NCBI GenBank assembly: GCA_965228855.1
Contig: CBDDIJ010000002.1
Coordinates: 2,368,001-2,432,000 of the forward strand
Source of the DNA: Candidatus Obscuribacterales bacterium
GTDB taxonomy: Bacteria; Cyanobacteriota; Vampirovibrionia; Obscuribacterales; Obscuribacteraceae
Length of the DNA: 64,000 nt
Direction of reading: 5' to 3'
This document shows, piece after piece, positions 48,860 to 58,060 of this stretch; the first letter of the stretch is position 1, and every line of letters starts with the position of its first letter. The notes below the pieces were generated by a model. It worked only from the letters and a program-made list of their open reading frames with translations, did not search any database and was not told where the DNA came from. The position numbers were made by a program, and so were the translations under genes.

Positions 48860-50676
48860 GATGTCGCATCCCCTGAATTAGTCGGAATGCGAATCCAGAA
48901 TGTGCTACCTTTGCCGACTTCGCTCTCTACACCCACTTCGCCGCCATGGGCCTCCGCAATGGCTTTGACGATCGCAAGACCAAGCCCGGTACTTTTCATC
49001 GATGACTGTTTTGCTGTTGCCGATTGTCTGAACTTTTCAAAAATCAAGTTAGCATCTTCTTGAGGAATGCCTGGTCCCTCATCGACGATTCGCAATTCAA
49101 CGTGTTTTGCACCACTCTCTATTTCAAGTGTGACGGTGCCATTTTTAGGCGAAAATTTAATTGCGTTGGATAATAGATTTATTACCGCTTGAACCAGACG
49201 CAGTTCGTCACCAAAAATGGTGGCGTCTTCGACGGGACCGACGACCTTAACATATGCGCTGTTGGCCATTGCTTCGAGCGCCTCTTTTGCGGAAACGCAG
49301 ACCGTAGAAGCTCGTATAGACGCTCGATTGAGGACGAGCTTTCCGGCTTCGAGCTTATCCAGCTCCAGCAGATCGTTTACAAGCTCGGTTAAACGAACGA
49401 TGCTTGTTTCGGTTCGTTCTAAAATTTTGAGGACGCCTTCCGACAGCTTCCCGCGTTTGCCCTTTATTAGTAGTCCGATACTATTACTGGTGGCAGTCAC
49501 CGGAGTGCGCAAATCATGACTGACCATCGAGAGAAACTGCTGTTTCAATTTTTCCAGTGCTCGCCGCTCTGTTACGTCGTGGGCAACGCAAAAGTACGTC
49601 TTCTGGCTCGGTGACCAGTTTACCGACCACGAAAAATTTCTGAACACGCCGTCTTTACACCGAATGATATTTTCTAATTCGCCCTGGTGAGTCGGCTCCG
49701 TGGTGATGCGTACGAAATCTGCGAGCGAACCGGCCTGTTCGTTTTTCGGAATTAACGACATAAGCGGACTGCCGAGCAGTTCTTCCTGACTGTAGTTCCA
49801 CAGGCGATTCACCGTTGCACTGATGCCTGTGAACCGAAGTTTGTCGTCGAAAGAGCAAATTACATCGGCTGCGTTTTCCAAGATTGCCAGCTCTCGGTGC
49901 CGTGCCTCAGCGAGGATTTCATTGGTTTTGTGTACCACTCGGTCCAGCCTGGCAATCTCGTCATTGCCTCTCTGAACCGGCGCAAGCGGTTTGTATGCAG
50001 AAACTAAATGAAAGTTTCTTTCAATCTTTTGCAAGCGTCCAAGGATATCTCGCATGAGGAGCATCGCTAAGATGGTTTGAATAACTGTGACGGCGAGAAG
50101 CCCCGAGAAAATAATGGATTGAGTGGTGTGCCGGAAAATGTCGAGTTGAGCAGGTTCTTCATTCAACAAGCGTGATTCGATTCGAACTATCTTTTGTGAT
50201 AATTCGTGCATGTTTAAAATGACACCAGCAAGAGTTTTTGTGGAAAAGTGCTTTTGCCGCTCATTCGCATCGATTTCCGGATCGGTGATCATGTCCTCGA
50301 TGTCGTCAAGGTATCGCACCATCGATTTTCTAATTGACTGAGAGTCGTCGACGATTTCACTGAGTTCCGGATCTAATCTTTGTAAGTCTCGCCACTGAGC
50401 GCCTACCAGGAAATACCTTTTCAGTTTTCGCAGCTGAGGAATAATGACGTCAGGGCTGGGGTTAGCCGGATTGGTGATGACCATGATGCCGCGAGCGACA
50501 TCAGATTCAAATTCGTGCAGTTTCAGTAAAACAGCTTTGCTTACCTGGAGGTCTGCTTGTTGTCGCTGTTTGTCGGAAATGACTTGCGAGAGACCAATAA
50601 AGAAGACAATCTCAAAAAAAACTGGTACCACAACTAGTATCAGCAGTTTTTGAGTGACAGTTAGACTCGCAAACAA
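48856..50676 (-). CDS. Membrane sensor histidine kinase (HAMP-PAS-HisKA-HATPase)
   Basis: Two TMs; SHDLRTP, NLLSNAIKFS, STGLGL. Confidence 0.92.
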   Translation of the reverse strand: MFASLTVTQKLLILVVVPVFFEIVFFIGLSQVISDKQRQQADLQVSKAVLLKLHEFESDVARGIMVITNPANPSPDVIIPQLRKLKRYFLVGAQWRDLQRLDPELSEIVDDSQSIRKSMVRYLDDIEDMITDPEIDANERQKHFSTKTLAGVILNMHELSQKIVRIESRLLNEEPAQLDIFRHTTQSIIFSGLLAVTVIQTILAMLLMRDILGRLQKIERNFHLVSAYKPLAPVQRGNDEIARLDRVVHKTNEILAEARHRELAILENAADVICSFDDKLRFTGISATVNRLWNYSQEELLGSPLMSLIPKNEQAGSLADFVRITTEPTHQGELENIIRCKDGVFRNFSWSVNWSPSQKTYFCVAHDVTERRALEKLKQQFLSMVSHDLRTPVTATSNSIGLLIKGKRGKLSEGVLKILERTETSIVRLTELVNDLLELDKLEAGKLVLNRASIRASTVCVSAKEALEAMANSAYVKVVGPVEDATIFGDELRLVQAVINLLSNAIKFSPKNGTVTLEIESGAKHVELRIVDEGPGIPQEDANLIFEKFRQSATAKQSSMKSTGLGLAIVKAIAEAHGGEVGVESEVGKGSTFWIRIPTNSGDATS

Positions 50677-50841
50677 TGAAAATCCCTTACGCGCAAATCT
50701 TTTAAATGAGCATGCGGTGCCGATTTTATCATGAATAGTAAAGCGATGACGTCCAAGTTGTTTATTGTGAATAACGGTTCGGCGAAATCATGGTATAAAT
50801 TTTGGCCCGAAGCACGTCGAACTACTCGGTGAGGAACAATA

Positions 50842-51243
50842 ATGGGTACAAGTGTTGAGCTTAACGACACTCTTTTGATAAACGAAGCGCAGGGGTTCCC
50901 TTCGGGGCTCTTGAATAGAGATGCTCATGTTCGCAATAGGGTCGATGCTCGGAAGTTTGCTAACGAACTGTTCAAGTTTCAAGAAAAAGATGGAGCACGC
51001 ATTTTTCATCTTGATCCCGTTCGCGTCTATCTTGTTGAAAACATTGATGGGAAGTGGCTTTTCTGGGGCAAGGCGTTTGTTGTAAGTCAAACCATCGAGA
51101 AAAAAGTCGGTCCCGGTGGCGAGTGGAAAGTGGGTGACTGGGTGACGTCCGGTTTGTTTAAAATCGTCGAAGTCTTTGAACCCGATTATCAGGAGATGTT
51201 CACTAAGCGCGAGTCACCGCCAGGTAAGAGCTTTTTTGCGTGA
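50842..51243 (+). CDS. Hypothetical protein
   Basis: GAGGA RBS; 133 aa globular-looking ORF. Confidence 0.75.
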   Translation: MGTSVELNDTLLINEAQGFPSGLLNRDAHVRNRVDARKFANELFKFQEKDGARIFHLDPVRVYLVENIDGKWLFWGKAFVVSQTIEKKVGPGGEWKVGDWVTSGLFKIVEVFEPDYQEMFTKRESPPGKSFFA

Positions 51244-51255
51244 ACGCTTTTCGAC

Positions 51256-52113
51256 TTATTTATTGTCGGGACCAAGCATCATCTGTTCTAGCAACGGGCT
51301 TTTCTTCTTTCGGTTCGGCGAGTTGTTCAATCGCGCATCTGCAGGACCACCCAATTTCTTCGTGCTTGATTGAAACAGGAAGTCAGGCGAGTTGACCATG
51401 TCTTTGTACGAGCCGAAACCGACTGCGTTGCCCATAACGGAACGATTGTTGTCCGTAAATTTTGCATCAGGTGGTACTGAGAAAACAGAGTCCGGAACTT
51501 TCACCTTTTTTACAGCAGTTGTGTCAAAAACGGTCATCAAACCGCTGTCCGGATCTGTATCGCTGACTACAAGCGAATCACGTGGTGTCACGAACTGCTT
51601 TAATCTGAGCGGTATTCCCAGGTTGTAAGGCAAGGCGCTGTGAGTTGTGATCATGCGAATCATGGGCGCCGGCCACGATTTTTCCTTCAGCACATAATAA
51701 TTCATCCAGCTTCGGTTCGGAGTTCTCTTCGAGTATTGAAGAGATTCAACACCGCAGAAAAGCACCTCTTTCGGTTTGGAGAAGTTGGCGTCCGTGAACT
51801 CGCCGGTTGTCTCCAGGAGAAACTCGATATTTTTCATATTGTCGAGCGCTCGTTCCATCTTGAGCTTGATGTACTGCTTTTTCTTCGGATTGTAGATAGC
51901 CACCTCCGTAAACGGTTCACGTGAAAACATGATGACGCCCGAACTGGAGTGTTCGTATCTCAATGCCTTCTTCGATATCAGGATCTTTTGCCGGCCACCG
52001 ATGTTGTGCGACTGATGCAATTCAAGCGCGTCCTGAACATTTGCGGTTGCCGCGACCGAAGCAGATTGCGTGAGAATGAGTGCTAGAGAGATTGTTGCGA
52101 AAAGTCTGTTCAT
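51256..52113 (-). CDS. Secreted hypothetical protein
   Basis: Signal peptide; beta-rich composition; F.VP motif near C-terminus. Confidence 0.75.
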   Translation of the reverse strand: MNRLFATISLALILTQSASVAATANVQDALELHQSHNIGGRQKILISKKALRYEHSSSGVIMFSREPFTEVAIYNPKKKQYIKLKMERALDNMKNIEFLLETTGEFTDANFSKPKEVLFCGVESLQYSKRTPNRSWMNYYVLKEKSWPAPMIRMITTHSALPYNLGIPLRLKQFVTPRDSLVVSDTDPDSGLMTVFDTTAVKKVKVPDSVFSVPPDAKFTDNNRSVMGNAVGFGSYKDMVNSPDFLFQSSTKKLGGPADARLNNSPNRKKKSPLLEQMMLGPDNK

Positions 52114-52245
52114 AGGATGATTATCCCACGAGCCGGTCTTTAGATTAACAATCTCCTGTTCGTCTCACTCTTTAGCAACCCAACGAAATACGCTACGGCG
52201 TGATGCCGTAGCGCAGTGTTCTTTATGACAGCAAGCGGAGCTAAT

Positions 52246-53373
52246 TTACTGAAGTGTGTCCAGTGGAATACTCGTATGCCGGAAGTAGGTTCGTGAGCCG
52301 GGCTCAACTGAGCTGCCTGCAGGTAGGGAGGCATCGGACTGTCTATTCGCCGACGCTACCTCCGGTGCGGGCAAAGCCGCTACGCGATTTGTGGCGTGTT
52401 CTTCAATAAAGGACCCAATAGAGTAGGTCACAAGATTCTTCGGCGACGGCGTGCCGATCAGTATGTGCCCGCAGTTCGGTACCATCACAAGTTGTTTATC
52501 AAAAGTGTTGAACGCTGAGAAAACTTTTTTCGCGGATTTAGGCGTCAAAGTTTTGTCGCAGTCACCGTGAACAACCAACACTGAGATACGTGGGTCTAAT
52601 TTCTTCGCATACTTTGCATTTTTCGCTATGAAAAACTTCGCTTTCAAAATCTCTCTGAACGAGAAAGTCTTTCGCTGATCAGGGTCATCTATTGTTTTCT
52701 GAAGAGCAACCAGATCGTCTGTTCCATACTTTTTCTGATAGCGAACGATGTTCACTGGTTTGCGAAACAAGCACTTTGTCATATCTGTCAGCATCCAGAG
52801 AATATTCGCGTGTCCCGCTTTCGAACCGGCCCCACATAAAACAAGTCCATCCAGAACTTCTGGTGAGTCGTTTGCTGCCCTCAGGGCAACTGCCGAGCCG
52901 ACGCTCTCTCCTAACAAATATAACGGAAGGTCAGGATTCTCTTCTTTAATGGCATGAAGAACTTTGCCTACATCCGCCTGCGACTTTTTGTAGTTACAGC
53001 GGTATCCGTCTTTGCACTTCTCTTGTTTGTGCCACCAACCGTGTCCGCGCAGATCCATACCGTATGTGATGAACCCCTGCGAGGCCAGCTGGTCCGCTAC
53101 TGTCCTCAAGGTATAGGCTCGTTGTGAAATTCCATGAAGCATTAAAACAGCTGCGCGTGGTCGACGTTCATCGTCGTTCCACTCATATACCGGGAGATTA
53201 GTTTCATTCGCGATGGCAGGATGCTCGTCATAAATGACTTCGGCAAACGCCTGGGTGGGAAATAATACTGAGGCTGCCGCAATTGCGAATGATAAGAGCC
53301 TTGCTTTCTGCGAGGTGCTTGTGAAGGGCTTCTTCCTGGATTGCGTAGCCTCGTTCGAACGCTTTGCTTTCAT
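52246..53373 (-). CDS. Secreted alpha/beta hydrolase (lysophospholipase-like)
   Basis: LHG, DLRGHG, nucleophile GESVG, HGDCD, CGH. Confidence 0.88.
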   Translation of the reverse strand: MKAKRSNEATQSRKKPFTSTSQKARLLSFAIAAASVLFPTQAFAEVIYDEHPAIANETNLPVYEWNDDERRPRAAVLMLHGISQRAYTLRTVADQLASQGFITYGMDLRGHGWWHKQEKCKDGYRCNYKKSQADVGKVLHAIKEENPDLPLYLLGESVGSAVALRAANDSPEVLDGLVLCGAGSKAGHANILWMLTDMTKCLFRKPVNIVRYQKKYGTDDLVALQKTIDDPDQRKTFSFREILKAKFFIAKNAKYAKKLDPRISVLVVHGDCDKTLTPKSAKKVFSAFNTFDKQLVMVPNCGHILIGTPSPKNLVTYSIGSFIEEHATNRVAALPAPEVASANRQSDASLPAGSSVEPGSRTYFRHTSIPLDTLQ

Positions 53374-53480
53374 GAGGTTGAACCGAACTAGGTGCTACAA
53401 CCAGGTAATAGCACAGGTTTTCGCGAACAATGACATCTTCCGCGATGCTATAGTCTTTCAACAGCGATACTCGAATAAAT

Positions 53481-53520
53481 GAAAAAAATCCCCGCACCCA
53501 GGGAAGTGCAGGGATTTTTC
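53481..53520. terminator. Intrinsic terminator downstream of the phosphatase gene (bidirectional tails)
   Basis: GAAAAAAATCCCCGCAC pairs with GTGCAGGGATTTTTC. Confidence 0.7.
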
Positions 53521-53603
53521 TATCTATCGGTTTTGTTATCGATCGTCCAGAAAATTTCAGTTACCATAAGGAGAGTCACCGGGGGTGGTGGCGCATCTAC
53601 TAA

Positions 53604-54251
53604 TTAGATGCTGCTCAGCGCCCTTTTAAACCTGGTTTTTAGATCGGTGTAGATGTGTGTCGGACTTGGTGGATTTTCAGGTCTGCCGAGGTCGCTAGCG
53701 GCCGCGTAGACTGAGGACGTTAAGCCGACGAAGAAAGGATGAAAGCCGAAGGAAAGCATTTCGTCATACGCTCTACTGGCTGTCCAGCCCTCTTCCGTTA
53801 TTCGGTAAATCGCGACCATCGTACCGGCGCGATCCTGACCTTGATTGCAATGCACGAAGACCGGCTGATTCTCAGGATCTCTGACGGCTGCTAAAAATTT
53901 GTCCGTCTGTTCCTTCTTCGTCATTTTGAAGTGATTCAATGGAATGTGAATGAAATTCATTCCAAGCTCGCGAGTCTCTGCTCGCTCGTTTTCGACGGCT
54001 TGTCCGTCTTGCATAAGATTGACGATGGTTTTGACACCGGCTCTCTTGAGTTCTCCTACGCCTCCATGTTTGGGCACGCCACCGCGCCACAATTGTGGCG
54101 AAACAACCGCAAAGTTCGGCACCAGTCCGCCAAGATCCGGCTGGAGTGCAGATGCCAGCGGATTGCTACGAGCGTAACTCGGTGATGACATGAAACCCAT
54201 TGTGAACGAGACAGTAACGAGAAGAAATAACCAAGCGTGTTTGTATGCCAA
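53604..54251 (-). CDS. Exported Cys-based phosphatase
   Basis: GGAGG RBS; signal peptide ending SYA; P-loop HCNQGQDRAG. Confidence 0.88.
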   Translation of the reverse strand: MAYKHAWLFLLVTVSFTMGFMSSPSYARSNPLASALQPDLGGLVPNFAVVSPQLWRGGVPKHGGVGELKRAGVKTIVNLMQDGQAVENERAETRELGMNFIHIPLNHFKMTKKEQTDKFLAAVRDPENQPVFVHCNQGQDRAGTMVAIYRITEEGWTASRAYDEMLSFGFHPFFVGLTSSVYAAASDLGRPENPPSPTHIYTDLKTRFKRALSSI

Positions 54252-54597
54252 TTACGTCCCTCCGAGAAATACTCTCACATGATTTGAGTGTAACAAAAGT
54301 TTCTAAAGTTGGGATGATCTTTTTGTTGAAAAACCAGTCCACGAGCGAGTCTTCATCTCTTCCTGTCTTTCGAGTAATTTGCAAAAATATCCCGGAAGGT
54401 TTTCCTCGAAGGAATACAGTCTTTGGAAATCGTGTTTCAGACTCACTTGCTGTTATGGACGCGCTATCACATACATTGTTTCGCCGGCTTCATCTTTTTT
54501 ACCAAGCGCAATAGATTGCGTTTATATTCAAATAAAGAGCCGGAATATGTTTGCGTTCTGGCGCCTGCTGCACCCATACTTTTCCAGGTGGTGTTCA

Positions 54598-55719
54598 ATG
54601 AAAATCCCGTTTCGATGTCTCGCTGTGCTTAGTTCTCTGCTGATTGCTGCTTCCAGTCTGCCTATTGAAGGCGCCTTCGCCGGAACACTTACCAATAAAA
54701 ATCGCTTGACCAGGTCTACATCACCGGGAGCGCCTACCACAAATACGCAGTTCGAAGTGCAACCTGCTTTCGATCGAAGTCGCCCACTGGAAGGAAAAGT
54801 TGAGCGGCAGGAAGGATCTGATCTGGTAGATGTTGATCAGTTTAAAGGCGGTGTTGGACAGATTGACAGCAGTCGTCAACCTCGAACTGCAGCGATCAAT
54901 ACATCTGGTTTGCGCAGTGGTGTCGGGCAAAGTCAGCTGCATGGCGGAGCGAATACGAACAATCTGCAAGGCGGTCTCGGCAACGAGAATTTCGGAGCAA
55001 GTGTTCCGAGCTATGGCGGAAGACCTCCGTTCAGCTTGGGTGCGCCTAAGACACATCTGTCCGGAGATATTTCCGACAAGGAAATGAAACTGATCAGTAA
55101 TTATGATGTCGTCGTCATGCAGGATCGTTCTAGCTCTATGGGAGAAGATGAGAACATCTTGCTTCGCAATGGTATGGGAATGCGCAAAATGTCGCGTTGG
55201 GATTGGTGCTTATATGAGGCCGCAGATTTCACGCGACAGACGAGCTTTCTTCCGAACTGGGCATTCACGCTAGTGTTGTTTTCCAGCAAATATGACGTTT
55301 TTCACCGAGTTGCGTTCAATCAACTGCCGGCAATTTATAACAGAACAGGCATTTATATCGGTACTAAGCTCGCCGACCCACTGGCGGAACAGATTTCGAT
55401 GTACTTTCGCCGGCGTCAAATGGGCGAAAAGCGCCCGTTACTTGTAGCCGTAATTACTGATGGAAAGCCGCAGGATGATGAGAATCTTCGAGATTTGTTG
55501 ATTCAGACGACCTATCAAATGCGCGACCCGCGAGAAGTTAAAATCGTTTTCTTGCAGGTCGGTACGTCTGATGAGGGTAGTCACAAACTGTTTAAACTTG
55601 ATCGCAAGTTGCAGACGAAAGGTGCCAAGTACGACATCGTCTCGGTAAAGCCCTTCTACGAGATTGCAAATGTCGGTTTGACTCGCGCGTTGCTTGATAC
55701 CATTCGCAGTGGCGGGTAA
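54598..55719 (+). CDS. Secreted protein with C-terminal vWA domain
   Basis: Signal peptide ending AFA; MIDAS DRSSS, GT, ITDG. Confidence 0.82.
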   Translation: MKIPFRCLAVLSSLLIAASSLPIEGAFAGTLTNKNRLTRSTSPGAPTTNTQFEVQPAFDRSRPLEGKVERQEGSDLVDVDQFKGGVGQIDSSRQPRTAAINTSGLRSGVGQSQLHGGANTNNLQGGLGNENFGASVPSYGGRPPFSLGAPKTHLSGDISDKEMKLISNYDVVVMQDRSSSMGEDENILLRNGMGMRKMSRWDWCLYEAADFTRQTSFLPNWAFTLVLFSSKYDVFHRVAFNQLPAIYNRTGIYIGTKLADPLAEQISMYFRRRQMGEKRPLLVAVITDGKPQDDENLRDLLIQTTYQMRDPREVKIVFLQVGTSDEGSHKLFKLDRKLQTKGAKYDIVSVKPFYEIANVGLTRALLDTIRSGG

Positions 55720-55763
55720 ACAGGAACTTTCGTTGAATCGGATACTATCGGTGTCATAACGCA

Positions 55764-55807
55764 CAATCACGCGACGTGTAGATTCAACCGTCGCGTGATT
55801 GCTTTTT
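55764..55807 (+). terminator. Intrinsic terminator
   Basis: 13-bp perfect stem CAATCACGCGACG/CGTCGCGTGATTG followed by CTTTTT. Confidence 0.75.
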
Positions 55808-56005
55808 GTTCTTGCGTCGTTCGATTCATCGCTCAAGGCTCTCAATCGATCGATGCAAAAACGTTATTTAGAGGCAACTCTGGTCGAATTTAATACCGAC
55901 CAGCTCACACTCTTGATTTTTTTTCTTCTTCCGTTCTCACGATGTATATAGCGTAGAATGTTTCTGTCGAAGCCAAAAGTTTTTTTTGCGTTTGAAGGAG
56001 AGCAA

Positions 56006-57472
56006 ATGACCGGTTCTGTGGGCATCGTGTGGTTACGATTCGATCTGAGACTATCAGATAATCTGGCGTTGCACGAAGCCGTTTCAAATTGCGATTTCGT
56101 CGTACCGCTTTATATCTGGAGCGAGACTGAATCTGAAAACGCCCACTGGGCACCGGGTGCCGCGACTAAGTGGTGGCTACATCAATCGTTGAAGGCACTG
56201 GGTGAACAACTGGTGAACGTTGATTCGGAGCTTGTGATTAGAGAGGGCGACTCCTTAAAAGTTTTGCAGGATTTGATCAAAGAGACAGGCGCAGACAAGA
56301 TCTTCTGGAATCGAAGATTCGATCCGGCAGGTCGAGAAGTTGATGAGCAACTGCAAAAAAAATTAGAAGAAAATGGTGTTTCAGTACACGCATTTAACTC
56401 TAATTTGCTTCACGATCCGGACCGGGTCCTAACGAAAAGCGGCACTCCATTTAAAGTTTTCACACCGTTCTGGAAGAATTTCACAGAAAATATCGAGCCC
56501 GAAGTTCCAAAGGGAAAAAACAAAAAGATTCCTTTTCCGAAGAAAAAGTTGAAGTCGATCGAGTTGGACGAGCTTGGTTTGGAGCCGAAGATTGACTGGG
56601 CATATGGCTTCTGGGATTACTTTGAACCCGGAGAAATAGGTGCGCACAAACGATTGAGAGAATTCTTGAAAGATGGCATCAACCATTACGCTACGGGGCG
56701 GAATCTTCCAAACGAGGATGGTGTTTCGATGCTTTCTCCGCATCTGCATTTCGGTGAAATCAGTCCACGTCAAATTTGGCACGAAGTTCTCGGTGCCGAC
56801 ATCAAACCAAGTCATCGAAAAGATGTCCAGACGTATCTGAAAGAAATAGGGTGGCGAGAATTCGCTCACCACGTTCTTTATCACTTCCCACACACGTGCG
56901 ACAAACCATTACGAACTCAATTTGCGAAGTTTCCCTGGGCACGCAGTAAGAAAAATCTGGAGCTCTGGCAGAAGGGAAAAACCGGCTACCCAATTGTTGA
57001 TGCCGGCATGCGTCAGCTCTGGCACACCGGTTGGATGCACAATCGCGTTCGCATGATAGTTGCTTCCTTTCTCACCAAGGATTTATTAATTAGCTGGAAG
57101 GACGGAGCCGAATGGTTTTGGGACACACTGGTTGACGCAGACCTTGCAAACAATACGTTGGGGTGGCAGTGGGCCGGTGGGTGTGGGGCGGATGCTGCAC
57201 CATACTTTCGAATTTTCAATCCGGAGTTGCAAGGCGAAAAATTTGATCCGCATGGCGAATATGTTCGACAATGGGTTCCTGAACTGAAGCGACTCGAATC
57301 TAAGTTTATTCACAACCCATCCAAAGCACCACCACTGGTGCTCCATGCCGCCGGTATCGAACTTGGCGAGACTTATCCAAAGCCGATGATCGACCACTCC
57401 GTAGCGAGGAAGCGTGCGCTTGAAGCGCTCGCCTCTATAAAAGGCGCCGGGGATGACGGTGATGATTATTGA
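56006..57472 (+). CDS. phr: Deoxyribodipyrimidine (CPD) photolyase, likely class III
   Basis: DLRLSDN, SMLSPHLHFGEIS, GKTGYPIVDAGMRQL, WMHNRVRM, PYFRIFNP. Confidence 0.93.
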   Translation: MTGSVGIVWLRFDLRLSDNLALHEAVSNCDFVVPLYIWSETESENAHWAPGAATKWWLHQSLKALGEQLVNVDSELVIREGDSLKVLQDLIKETGADKIFWNRRFDPAGREVDEQLQKKLEENGVSVHAFNSNLLHDPDRVLTKSGTPFKVFTPFWKNFTENIEPEVPKGKNKKIPFPKKKLKSIELDELGLEPKIDWAYGFWDYFEPGEIGAHKRLREFLKDGINHYATGRNLPNEDGVSMLSPHLHFGEISPRQIWHEVLGADIKPSHRKDVQTYLKEIGWREFAHHVLYHFPHTCDKPLRTQFAKFPWARSKKNLELWQKGKTGYPIVDAGMRQLWHTGWMHNRVRMIVASFLTKDLLISWKDGAEWFWDTLVDADLANNTLGWQWAGGCGADAAPYFRIFNPELQGEKFDPHGEYVRQWVPELKRLESKFIHNPSKAPPLVLHAAGIELGETYPKPMIDHSVARKRALEALASIKGAGDDGDDY

Positions 57473-57625
57473 GATTTTGGTGGTCATAACCTGATTGTCG
57501 GCCGTGGGCAGTCTGCTCGGTTTGAAAATCCCGAAGCTTAGAGTCGGTAAGCCATCACGGTATATCACGAGAAAAGCGCCCTGCGGCGAGAGTATAATTG
57601 AGATAGCTCTGCCAGCGAGACCGTT

Positions 57626-58021
57626 ATGGCTTTTAATGACGATGTTCACGTTCTTTCAATCCGATACCCGATCCTCGCAAAAGGGTTGGCGCCGTGCGTG
57701 AATCTGGACAAGGCATTTCGGTTCCTGGAATCGGAAAATTTCCCACTGGCGCAAATGGATGTGATTGCGCAAGATGAATTTAGCCATGATGTTTGCGTGC
57801 CGTTCCCTGGCAATCAAGCCTTCATGGTGATCGGCGCAACATGAGTCGGACATCTGACCAATGTCTCCGTGTGGGATTACAAACCGACTGCTGATGAGTT
57901 GCTCGAGAAGCGATTAGCAGATGGTTGGAAACCTCAGTGCTCTGAACTAAAAGAGGGATTGGTCATACTCGGGCACGCGGCATGCTTAATGCGAACTGAT
58001 GACCTTCCAATGCAGCAATAA
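57626..58021 (+). CDS. 131-aa ORF with in-frame TGA at codon 73 (candidate selenoprotein, readthrough gene or pseudogene)
   Basis: ...QDEFSHDVCVPFPGNQAFMVIGAT-TGA-VGHLTNVSVWDYKPTADELLEKRLADGWKP...LGHAAC...TAA in one frame. Confidence 0.6.
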
Positions 58022-58060
58022 CTGTAGTGAGTTCCAATAGCAAGGCGATACACTCGCTTT

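Noticed and set aside
54379..54597. N-terminal extension of the vWA ORF (similar extensions at 3099, 4346, 26471, 63763)
   Set aside because: Downstream ATGs have better RBS or signal-peptide/domain boundaries
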